Source: an uncultured Oscillospiraceae bacterium (GTDB taxonomy: Bacteria; Bacillota; Clostridia; Oscillospirales; Oscillospiraceae). Taken from it: DNA of 64,000 nucleotides. This document shows positions 43,114 through 51,479 of this stretch, one piece after another; position 1 is the first letter of the stretch; each line of letters begins with the position of its first letter. The translations under genes and the position numbers were made by a program. The DNA lies in assembly GCA_964406615.1 (NCBI GenBank), contig CAYOSI010000008.1:4031-68030 (forward strand), in the 5' to 3' direction. The notes under the pieces are model-generated. The model was not told the origin of the DNA and did not search any database. It saw nothing but the letters and a program-made list of their open reading frames with translations.

Positions 43114-45666
43114 ATGAACGGACAAATCTTGAAAGCCGGCGCGGGCAAAGCGGAGATCGTATTCCCCGCCGATATGTTTCCCACCGATAAGCTGTACGGA
43201 GTGCACGATGCTCCCTGCGCTCGCATCCTTGTATTTGACGGCGGTCTGCGGGCCGCGATCGTGAGTCTGGAACTGGTGAACGCTCCGGACGAGTGCATCG
43301 AAAAAGCCCGGAACATCGTCCGGAATACGACCGATACTCCCTATGAGAATGTTTGGGTCCATGTGACCCATGCCATCACCACGCCTCATGCTCCCGGTGG
43401 ACCGGGCGGTCCCAAGCCCGGCGGTCCCAAGCCGCCCATGGGCGGAGGCTTTAAGCCCGACCCCGACGCGCCGAGAAAGCGGAAGCTCTTTGTCGCCGCC
43501 ATCGAGAGCGCGGTAACAGAGGCGGCGGATCAGGCGGCGGCGTCCTTCCGGGAAGCGGTCTTCGGCGTTGGCACAGGGGACTGTCTCGTCAATGTGAACC
43601 GGGACGAGGAGACCCCCTTCGGCTGGTGGGTCGCTCAGAACCCTGCGGAGATATCCAACAAGACCATGACCGTCCTCCGCTTCGACGGCGCGGACGGGAA
43701 ACCCATCGGCGCGCTGGTGAGCTATGGTCTCAAGCCCTGCGCGATCGACATGGCCGGACAGAGTTCGGAGGATCGCATGGTCTCGGCGGATGTGCCGGGC
43801 TATGCCTGCCATATGGCGGAGGATACCTTCGGCGCTCCCTGCCTGTTTTGCATGAGCGCGGCGGGCGATCAGGTCCCCCGGGAACAGGCGTTTTACGACC
43901 GCATCACGGAGAGCGGCGAGGTGGAACGCGTCGATCTTGGCGTGGAAAAGGGCTATGAGATCGTGGAGCGTCTCGGAGCGGAAATGGGAGCGGACATCCT
44001 TCGCATTCTGGATTCTGTCTCCGACAAGACGGGCGAGGCCGTTACCGACCATGCCTCGGGCAGTATCCTGTGCCAGCAGAAGAGCCGCAGTCCCATCCCC
44101 ATGGTGCCGCAGAAGGAGCTGGAATTCAAAAAAGAGGGCGAGGACGTCCTGGGCGCGGAGGCGATCCGACTGGGCGATGTTGCTCTTGTCGCCATCAAGC
44201 CGGAGACGAATACCCGGACAGAGCTGGAGCTGAAAGAGGCTTCTCCGTTTGCTCACACGCTGCTTATCTCCATGGTGAACGGCGGCATGAAGTACATGCC
44301 CGACGCCTCTGCCTATGAGCGGATCACATGGGAAGCCCAAAGCTCCATGCTCATGCCCGGAACGGCGGAAAAGTGGGTAAGGAGAGTGACCGATATGCTG
44401 AAGGATCTGAAAGAGGAGAAAAAAGCGCCCAAGATCACCGTGGTCGCGGAACCATTCTCCGACGGCCAGCGCATCACAAAGGCGATCCTTACCTTCGAGA
44501 CGGAAGTTCCCAATGTGGATGAAATCGAGGTCGTGGACCGTACCATAACCGATCGGAAGGTGGAAGGAAACACGGTGACCCTCACCCTGTCTATGGACGA
44601 TAAAGCGGCCAAGATCATTCCGGATTTTGAGTTCAAGCCCGGCGGACCCTTTGGAAACGGCGGCCCTGGTGGTCCTGGTGGTCCTGGTGGCCCCGGTGGT
44701 CCTGGTGGTCCTGGCGGTCCCGGTGGTCCCGGCGGGCCCGGAGGTCCCGGCGGTCCTGGTGGTCCCGGCAGACGCGGACCCACGCGCATGGGGAAAAAGC
44801 GCCGCCCGATCGCCGTGGAGGTCAAACTCCCGGGGTATGACGCGCCCATCGCGTCCACCAAGGCCATCCAGCCCGTGATCGACGATTTCGTGCAGGGCGA
44901 ATATAAGGGGATGCTCTACAACCTGTTCGTCCCCAAAGACTATGACCCGGCGAAGAAGTATCCGCTGGTGCTGTTCATTCCCGACGCGGGACCCAATGGC
45001 GACGATCCGCTGCTGGCTCTGGCGCAGGGCATCGGCGGTACCTGCTGGGCCGATCCTGCAGAGCAGGCAAAGCATCCCTGCTTTGTCCTGGCGATCCAGG
45101 TTCCCTCCGGCGTGCATCTGACGGACGACGATTATACCGTCTCCGCGGAATTTGACATCATCATGGAGCTCTTTGAGAAGATCGTGTCGGAGTACAGCAT
45201 CGACCGCAACCGGCTGTACAACACCGGGCAGTCCCAGGGCTGCATGGCGTCCTGCGAGATGGATATTCGCTGGCCGGATCTGTTCGCGGCGTCCATGCTG
45301 ATTGCCGGTCACTGGGATGTTCAGAAAATGGTGAAGCTTACCAAGAAAAAGCTGCTGTTTGGCTTGTCGGAAGGCGGTTTGAAGGAATATCCCAACTTCA
45401 ACGAGATCACCGACGGACTGGAGGCCCAGGGCGTAAAGGTGGCCCGGATCCGGCTGAATTTCCGGGATGGATGGGAAGTGAACGACGCCAAGGTTCGGGA
45501 GGGCATCGGCGACGCGCAGGTGGTCTATATCATCTTTGATGAGGCAACGGCTTTCCCTGACGACGGCAAAGAACGCGTCAAGATCCTGCACCACCAGCGC
45601 GGCTGGGAGCTGACCTATTGCCTGGAATCCGCCCGGGATTGGATATTCGCGCAGTCGAAGGAGTAA
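43114..45666 (+). CDS. cytoplasmic fusion protein: ceramidase-like N-terminal domain + Ig-like domain + (Gly-Gly-Pro)12 hinge + alpha/beta-hydrolase (COG4099-type)
   Basis: No signal peptide. KAGAGKAEIVFP...GVHDAPCARILVF resembles the neutral/alkaline ceramidase N-terminus. The C-terminus has YNLFVPKDYDPAKKYPLVLFIPDAG and GQSQGC. AGGAGAA RBS, and the gene starts 3 nt after the oppF-like stop. Confidence 0.8.
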   Translation: MNGQILKAGAGKAEIVFPADMFPTDKLYGVHDAPCARILVFDGGLRAAIVSLELVNAPDECIEKARNIVRNTTDTPYENVWVHVTHAITTPHAPGGPGGPKPGGPKPPMGGGFKPDPDAPRKRKLFVAAIESAVTEAADQAAASFREAVFGVGTGDCLVNVNRDEETPFGWWVAQNPAEISNKTMTVLRFDGADGKPIGALVSYGLKPCAIDMAGQSSEDRMVSADVPGYACHMAEDTFGAPCLFCMSAAGDQVPREQAFYDRITESGEVERVDLGVEKGYEIVERLGAEMGADILRILDSVSDKTGEAVTDHASGSILCQQKSRSPIPMVPQKELEFKKEGEDVLGAEAIRLGDVALVAIKPETNTRTELELKEASPFAHTLLISMVNGGMKYMPDASAYERITWEAQSSMLMPGTAEKWVRRVTDMLKDLKEEKKAPKITVVAEPFSDGQRITKAILTFETEVPNVDEIEVVDRTITDRKVEGNTVTLTLSMDDKAAKIIPDFEFKPGGPFGNGGPGGPGGPGGPGGPGGPGGPGGPGGPGGPGGPGGPGRRGPTRMGKKRRPIAVEVKLPGYDAPIASTKAIQPVIDDFVQGEYKGMLYNLFVPKDYDPAKKYPLVLFIPDAGPNGDDPLLALAQGIGGTCWADPAEQAKHPCFVLAIQVPSGVHLTDDDYTVSAEFDIIMELFEKIVSEYSIDRNRLYNTGQSQGCMASCEMDIRWPDLFAASMLIAGHWDVQKMVKLTKKKLLFGLSEGGLKEYPNFNEITDGLEAQGVKVARIRLNFRDGWEVNDAKVREGIGDAQVVYIIFDEATAFPDDGKERVKILHHQRGWELTYCLESARDWIFAQSKE
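44659..44769 (+). repeat. in-frame 9-bp microsatellite-like repeat encoding (GGP)12-G
   Basis: GGY GGY CCY repeated 12 times with synonymous variation. Confidence 0.9.
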
Positions 45667-45677
45667 ACACAAGAAAA

Positions 45678-45704
45678 AGCGGAGAGTCCCTCTCCGCTTT
45701 TGTT
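45678..45704 (+). terminator. intrinsic terminator after the fusion hydrolase gene
   Basis: AGCGGAGAG-TCCC-TCTCCGCT followed by TTTGTT. Confidence 0.6.
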
Positions 45705-45723
45705 CCATGAAGGAGATCGCATT

Positions 45724-46551
45724 ATGAAAATATCGGAGATCATCGAAAAGCTGCGCCAGTTTCATCCGCAGATCGATGAGGAGAAAACCTGCGACATCGT
45801 GAAATACGGCGATCCGGATAAGGAATGCACCGGCATCGTGACCTGCTGCTTTGCGTCCTCGGATGTGATCCGTGAAGCCGCCCGCCTCGGCGCGAATTTC
45901 ATCATCACCCACGAACCGCTGTTCTGGACCCACGAGGACGAGACGGACTGGCTCGCGGACAGCGCCATTTTCGCCGCAAAAAAGAAGCTGCTGGATGATG
46001 CGGGCATCGTTGTCTGGAGAGATCACGACCATATCCACGGCGGGAAGCCCAGCAATAATCCGCCTGCGATCGACGGCATCTACTACGGTATCATGAAGGA
46101 GCTTGGATGGGACGAGTATAAGCTCGACTATCCCAACAAGCCGCTTGTCTTCCAGCTCCCGGAGCGGGACGCCACCGAACTGGGGCTGGAGCTGAAGGAG
46201 AAGCTGAACCTGAACGGTGTCCGGATCGTGGGCGATCCGCACGCCAGAGTGTCCCGGGTGTTCTTCTGTGAACACATCAAGGATCACGACTGGAAGGAAA
46301 AGGAGAAGATCCGCAAGACCGACACCGAAGGGATCGATGCGGTCATTCCGCTGGAGATGATCGACTGGTCTTTGGCGGCGTTTGTGCGGGATTCGTGCCA
46401 GCTGGGCCGGCCGCGGATCATGTACAACGTGGGGCATTTCAACTTCGAGGAGCTGGGCATGAAATACATGGTGCGGTACCTGCCTCAGATCGTGGGGGAT
46501 GTCCCGGTGCATTATGTGCCGTCCGGCGATTCCTTTAACTTTATTCTGTAA
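45724..46551 (+). CDS. NIF3-like (dinuclear metal centre, GTP cyclohydrolase 1 type 2 homolog) protein
   Basis: MKISEIIEKL...GIVTCCFASSDVIREAARLGANFIITHEPLFW. ATG at 45724 lies 8 nt after AAGGAG. Confidence 0.75.
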   Translation: MKISEIIEKLRQFHPQIDEEKTCDIVKYGDPDKECTGIVTCCFASSDVIREAARLGANFIITHEPLFWTHEDETDWLADSAIFAAKKKLLDDAGIVVWRDHDHIHGGKPSNNPPAIDGIYYGIMKELGWDEYKLDYPNKPLVFQLPERDATELGLELKEKLNLNGVRIVGDPHARVSRVFFCEHIKDHDWKEKEKIRKTDTEGIDAVIPLEMIDWSLAAFVRDSCQLGRPRIMYNVGHFNFEELGMKYMVRYLPQIVGDVPVHYVPSGDSFNFIL

Positions 46552-46564
46552 GAAGGCGAGTTCC

Positions 46565-47491
46565 ATGAACGCTATCGATTTTTCCTGCAAGCACGACATC
46601 CTCATACGTCACAAGGATGGTACGCTCACGCCGATGGACGAGCCGTATTATGAGGTCGAAAAAATCGCCCCCGACACATGGAAGATCATGAGCTCCGGAG
46701 ATTATCATTATCTAGTGGCCGGGGACGATGAAGGTATCGCTATCGATACCGGATACGGCGCGGGAAATCTGCGGGAGTTTCTGGAAGAGCTCTGCGGCAA
46801 GCCCGTGAGGAAGGTCATCAACACCCATCACCACTTCGATCATACCGCCAATAACAGCTACTTTGATCTGGCGTATATGGCGGAGGAGTCCGTGGAGCTG
46901 GCATGCAGACCGTATCCCAGCTTTGACGGTATTGAGTTTCCACGGGATTACGCTGTTCAGATCGTGACGGACGGGGAGATAATTCCCCTTGCCGGACGCG
47001 AGCTTCCGGTATTCAAGATCGGCGACCATACGGCGGGCGGCATTGCGATACTGGATCCCCGGGAGCGGCTGCTCTTCACCGGCGACGAGATCATGCCGGA
47101 AGGAAAGATGATCGGCGGCACAGTCGAGAAGTTCGCGCGGGATATGGAAAAGCTCATGCTCCATCGCGATGCGTTTGACCGTGTATGCGGAGGCCCCGAG
47201 ATGCTGCCCGGCGAACAGGTCGAGATGTTTTACGAGGCCGCGAACAAAATCCTTGCTGGGGAGCAGTCGCCGGCAGAACCGCGGAAGCCCCGGGGGCCGT
47301 TTCACAAGGATGAGGGTTCGGAGGGGCAGAAAATATACGACTGTCAGCATCCCCATCCAGAGGATGTACCGGGCGGACCCGGCAAAGGCGGACCCGAAGG
47401 TCCAAAGCCGCTGCAGTTGGGCGATATGGGCGAGTTTGTTTACAAGGGACTGCGTTTCGGATATCGGAAGGATAAGCTGCGGGACAGCTGA
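46565..47491 (+). CDS. MBL-fold metallo-hydrolase
   Basis: Contains VINTHHHFDHTANN (HxHxDH). No signal peptide. Confidence 0.8.
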   Translation: MNAIDFSCKHDILIRHKDGTLTPMDEPYYEVEKIAPDTWKIMSSGDYHYLVAGDDEGIAIDTGYGAGNLREFLEELCGKPVRKVINTHHHFDHTANNSYFDLAYMAEESVELACRPYPSFDGIEFPRDYAVQIVTDGEIIPLAGRELPVFKIGDHTAGGIAILDPRERLLFTGDEIMPEGKMIGGTVEKFARDMEKLMLHRDAFDRVCGGPEMLPGEQVEMFYEAANKILAGEQSPAEPRKPRGPFHKDEGSEGQKIYDCQHPHPEDVPGGPGKGGPEGPKPLQLGDMGEFVYKGLRFGYRKDKLRDS

Positions 47492-47503
47492 CGGAGGAGC
47501 ATT

Positions 47504-48970
47504 ATGGCAATAACAAAGGCAACAACGAAATATGGAACGCTGGTGGGCGTTCCGGGAAAATGCGGGAATACCGTATTCAAAGGCGTGCCCTACGCAAAGC
47601 CCCCGGTGGGAGAGCTTCGGCTCATGCCGCCGCAGGAGCCGGATTTCTGGCAGGGGGAGCGGGTGTGCGATGCGTTTTCCGCTGCCTGCATCCAGTACCG
47701 CCGGAAGGCTCCTGCTCACGGAGCGCCGAAGGGACACGGCGCACCGCCGCCCCCGCCTCCTATGGAGCAGAGCGAGGACAGTCTGTATCTGAATATCTGG
47801 ACGCCGGCGGAGACAGCGGAGGAAAAGCTCCCTGTCATGCTGTGGATCCACGGCGGCGGCTTCAACACCGGCGCGGGATTTGAACCGGAGTTTGACGGCA
47901 CGGCCATGAACCGCCGGGGAGTCATCCTTGTGACGATCAATCATCGAGGCGGTCCGTTGGGGTACCTGACTCACCCGTATCTGGATTCCCGCGACCCACG
48001 AGGCGTGTCCGGGAATTACGGGCTTCTTGACCAGCTCGCGGCCATGCGCTGGGTGCATGAGAACATCGCGGCCTTCGGCGGCGATCCGAACAATGTGACT
48101 ATTTTCGGCCAGTCCTCCGGAGGAATGTCCGTGAAATTCCATCTGGGCTCGCCGCGGTCGAAAGGACTGTTTAATCGCGTCATCATCCAGTCCGGCGGCG
48201 GGCTCAACGGAGCAGATCCGGTACGGCCTCGGGAGGAGCTTCAGAAGATAACCCAGGGGGCGTTGGAACTTTTGGGCTGGCAGCCCGAGGAGCTTTTGAC
48301 GCGGGACGGCAAAGAGATCATGGAGAAGTTTTCCGAGGCCGCGGCGGAGTATATGCAGGGGCGTGAGCTCTTTATCTATCAGCCCTGCATCGACGGATGG
48401 TTTCTGGAAGACGCACCCGAAAAGGCGATCCTGGACGGCAGGCTGAACACGGAGGACATCATGAGCGGCAGCGTGGTGGGCGACTCATGGATGTTTTCCC
48501 GCAAGGTGCGGATGCGCTTTCCTGAGGATGATCCCGCCCTGCGTGCCTTCGCATATTCCCCGGGGCTTTCTCTGGCCCGGTGGCAGATAAGAAACGGGAA
48601 GAAGCCCATCCATACCTATTTCCTGGAGAGAGATCAGGGCGGCGGACGGGGCATGCCCCATTCCTCGGAGCTGGCGTATGTGTTCGGAACGCTGGACACG
48701 CGGACGGAGGACGACACAAAGACGCCCTTTGACCGCTATCTGTCCGAGAAGCTGAACGCCTATTGGTGCAATTATGCCCGCACGGGCGATCCCAATGGAG
48801 CAGAGCTTCCCGCATGGCCCGCTTATACGGAGGAAACGCCGGTGGTTATGCATGGAACGGACGAGTACCTGCGCGCGGAAAACATCGTGGAAAATGAGCG
48901 CGCCGAGCAGGTGATCGAGTTCACCATCGCCCATCCCGGCATGCTGGAATCTGCCGAGGGGCTTTTATGA
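47504..48970 (+). CDS. carboxylesterase type B (PnbA-like)
   Basis: GVPYAKPPVGELRL, EDSLYLNIWTP, VMLWIHGGGF and NVTIFGQSSGG. Confidence 0.9.
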   Translation: MAITKATTKYGTLVGVPGKCGNTVFKGVPYAKPPVGELRLMPPQEPDFWQGERVCDAFSAACIQYRRKAPAHGAPKGHGAPPPPPPMEQSEDSLYLNIWTPAETAEEKLPVMLWIHGGGFNTGAGFEPEFDGTAMNRRGVILVTINHRGGPLGYLTHPYLDSRDPRGVSGNYGLLDQLAAMRWVHENIAAFGGDPNNVTIFGQSSGGMSVKFHLGSPRSKGLFNRVIIQSGGGLNGADPVRPREELQKITQGALELLGWQPEELLTRDGKEIMEKFSEAAAEYMQGRELFIYQPCIDGWFLEDAPEKAILDGRLNTEDIMSGSVVGDSWMFSRKVRMRFPEDDPALRAFAYSPGLSLARWQIRNGKKPIHTYFLERDQGGGRGMPHSSELAYVFGTLDTRTEDDTKTPFDRYLSEKLNAYWCNYARTGDPNGAELPAWPAYTEETPVVMHGTDEYLRAENIVENERAEQVIEFTIAHPGMLESAEGLL

Positions 48971-49599
48971 AAGGGCTCCGAACAGTTCTATACGTCCTTA
49001 TGGCGATGGCGCTGCTGACCGGCAGCGCTGTCGCCGCAACGGAATATGATTCGAACGCCGGATGCGGCGAGATGCCGGAGGTGGTGGAGAACATCGTTTC
49101 TCTGTCGGGGGAGATCGGGGATGCCCCGGAAGAGATCGGCTATACCACCGGCCTCCCGGAGCTGGACACGGAGATCGGGAAGATATTTGACGAGATCGGC
49201 GCCGAGGATATGAGCCAGTACCGGGCGCTCATAAACGCTTTTCTTTATGTGGCGGCAAACTATACCTATATGGATCACGACTGGGAGGCGTATGGCTTCG
49301 GTGAGGACGACGCCGACTGGACCGCCCATCGGGCGCTTGTGTTTTTCCAAAGCGGCGGAGGCGTGTGCTACGACTATGCGTCGGCCTTTTGTGTGCTGGC
49401 CCGCGCTCTGGGCTATGAGGCCAATAACGTGGTCGGCAGCGTGTTTGGACGGGAGCACGGCTTTGTGTGTATCCCCCAGGGAGATATGCTTGCGCTGTAC
49501 GACCCGGAGCTTGCCTCCGTTCAGCCGGATCTGTACCCGGATCTGACCTTGTTCCAGTTTCTGGACCATGGAGAATATGAAGCCTATTTCTGGCAGTAA
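48967..49599 (+). CDS. secreted transglutaminase-like (papain-fold) domain protein
   Basis: Signal peptide ...LTGSAVAA. The core reads GGGVCYDYASAFCVLARALGYEANNVVGSVFGREHGFVCI...LYDPE. ATGA overlap with the esterase stop. Confidence 0.7.
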   Translation: MKGLRTVLYVLMAMALLTGSAVAATEYDSNAGCGEMPEVVENIVSLSGEIGDAPEEIGYTTGLPELDTEIGKIFDEIGAEDMSQYRALINAFLYVAANYTYMDHDWEAYGFGEDDADWTAHRALVFFQSGGGVCYDYASAFCVLARALGYEANNVVGSVFGREHGFVCIPQGDMLALYDPELASVQPDLYPDLTLFQFLDHGEYEAYFWQ

Positions 49600-49620
49600 A
49601 GGAGAGAAGAAGGCGGGATC

Positions 49621-51456
49621 ATGAAAAAGACAGCGAAGATCATGGCGGCGATACTGGTTTTTGCCCTGCTCACGGGCGTGGCGCCCGCGCTGGCGTCGGA
49701 CGAGGCGAGCGGTACAGCGGCGGATGCTCTGGATCTGTCCCAATATGAGGGAGATTGGGCCTATATGGAGGCGGGGTCTTTTGTCTTGGGCTCCGGCGGC
49801 AAGCAGGCCACCGGCGCCGACAGCTCAGCCAGCGGGGAGACCTCTCAGGACGCGGAGTATAACGCGGTTCCCGTGTGGGCGCTGACAGGCATCCCCTATG
49901 TGGAGAATCCCACCATCGTGGACGGAGAGCCGCTGCAGGTGATGAACATCTTTGTCCCGGGCGCGTATATGACGGCGGGGCCGACCGGCGGCGCGGTCAT
50001 CGACCCGGAGGGAAGCATGACCGTGGATTATTTCGACGAGACCGGCGAGCTTGTGGGCACCCATACCTGGACAGCACAAACGGCACCGGTGGTGTTCATC
50101 AATACCGTGGACGGCTATGCCGGGAGCATGGCCTTTAACATCTCCGGCAGCAAAGCGGGGATCTATTACTATGAGTTTCTGGAAAAGGGCTTCATCGTTG
50201 TTGGTGTGACGAGCCGGGGGATCGGCCTCAAAATGGGCCCCAGCCAGGAGCCCGCGACGGTGGATGACGACGGCATCGTGGTCGGCAAAGCGCCCGCCGG
50301 GATCGTGGATCTTAAGGCGGCGGTGGCATTCCTCCGCTATAACGACGCGGTTCTGCCCGGCGACAGCGAGCGTATCTTCACCCACGGAGCCAGTGCGGGC
50401 GGTGCCATGTCTGCGCTGCTGGGCGCCAGCGGCGATGCGGCGGGATATAAGCCTTATCTTGAAGAGATCGGTGCGGCGGATGCCTCCGATGCGGTGTTCG
50501 GCTCGCTGGTGTTCTGCCCCATCGCGGATCTCGACCACGGCGACGCCGCTTATGAGTGGAACCACAAGTATCAGACATGGGATTCCCTGATGGGCGATTT
50601 TACCCCATATCAGCTGGCTCTGCATAATACGCTGATCGACATCTATGTGGAATATGTGCGGAGTCTGGGCTTCGACCTCGGCGACGACGGCGAGAGCGGC
50701 GTGTATTACGACGAGCTTACGGAAAGGCTGGTGGAGGCGCTGAACCATGGCGTGAGCGTAAGCACCTATACCGGCGATGCCGCAACGCCGGAGGAGGTCG
50801 CAGCGTCCCTGGACACGGAGGGCAGCATCCTCGACCGCTGGCTTACGGAAAACGGCCTTACGATGGACGATGTGCTGGTCTGGAACGAGGAAAAGGAGAC
50901 CTTTGAGATCGACGGCTTCCGTATTCTGGACATGAGCGGGGTCTATTCCCGCCGCAAGCCGGTCCCCGGCTTTGACGGCAACACGGAGTCCGGCCTGTTT
51001 GGACCTAACGGTACGACAGAGGACGTTTCCACCCATTTCAGCATCGTGTATCTGGAAGCTCTGGAGCGGCTGATGGCCTCGGAGGATGAGGAGATCGCCG
51101 CCCAGGCCGCGGCGGCCTACGAGGACTGTGCGGCGGAAATCCTGCTGGTGACCGGCAGCGGCGTTACCGATCTCATGAACCCCATGTTTTACCTGGCGGG
51201 GAACGCCGATTCCACCAAGGCGCAGTGCTGGCGGTTCCATATTGGGACCTCGGACTCCGATCTCGGGACCTCGGCGTCCTGGCTCATGTATAACACACTC
51301 CGCGCAGCGGACGAGGACTATGTGACGGAATTTGAACTCATCTACGGAGCGCCCCACTCCGCGGCGGACTATCTGACGGTGATCGGTTCCCGGAAGATCC
51401 CGCAGAACGCGCTGACCTGGATCGCCCAGTGCGCGGCGGGCGACGTGACGGAATAA
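49621..51456 (+). CDS. secreted tannase-like alpha/beta hydrolase (bacterial tannase family)
   Basis: Signal peptide ...APALA/SD. HGASAGGAMSALLGASGD...YLEEIGAADASDAVFGSLVFCPIADLDHGDAAYEW resembles the recalled Lactobacillus plantarum tannase core (GTSAGG...CPI.NLEHAD.AYEW). The Ser codon is at 50392-50394. Confidence 0.65.
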   Translation: MKKTAKIMAAILVFALLTGVAPALASDEASGTAADALDLSQYEGDWAYMEAGSFVLGSGGKQATGADSSASGETSQDAEYNAVPVWALTGIPYVENPTIVDGEPLQVMNIFVPGAYMTAGPTGGAVIDPEGSMTVDYFDETGELVGTHTWTAQTAPVVFINTVDGYAGSMAFNISGSKAGIYYYEFLEKGFIVVGVTSRGIGLKMGPSQEPATVDDDGIVVGKAPAGIVDLKAAVAFLRYNDAVLPGDSERIFTHGASAGGAMSALLGASGDAAGYKPYLEEIGAADASDAVFGSLVFCPIADLDHGDAAYEWNHKYQTWDSLMGDFTPYQLALHNTLIDIYVEYVRSLGFDLGDDGESGVYYDELTERLVEALNHGVSVSTYTGDAATPEEVAASLDTEGSILDRWLTENGLTMDDVLVWNEEKETFEIDGFRILDMSGVYSRRKPVPGFDGNTESGLFGPNGTTEDVSTHFSIVYLEALERLMASEDEEIAAQAAAAYEDCAAEILLVTGSGVTDLMNPMFYLAGNADSTKAQCWRFHIGTSDSDLGTSASWLMYNTLRAADEDYVTEFELIYGAPHSAADYLTVIGSRKIPQNALTWIAQCAAGDVTE

Positions 51457-51479
51457 AAAGGAAGGAGAGAGTCAATCCA

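Noticed and set aside
44313-44867. Collagen-like (PGP)n ORF on the minus strand
   Set aside because: It is simply the reverse complement of the in-frame (GGP)12 hinge of the plus-strand hydrolase. There is no independent start or RBS context.
42019-46605. 1528-aa ORF on the minus strand, the longest ORF in the window
   Set aside because: It runs antisense across five well-supported plus-strand genes (the 3' end of the oppD-like gene, oppF-like, the fusion hydrolase, NIF3-like and the start of the MBL gene). Its composition is Arg/Gly/His/Leu/Asp-rich with no recognisable domain and no RBS. It is a typical stop-codon-poor antisense frame in GC-rich coding DNA.
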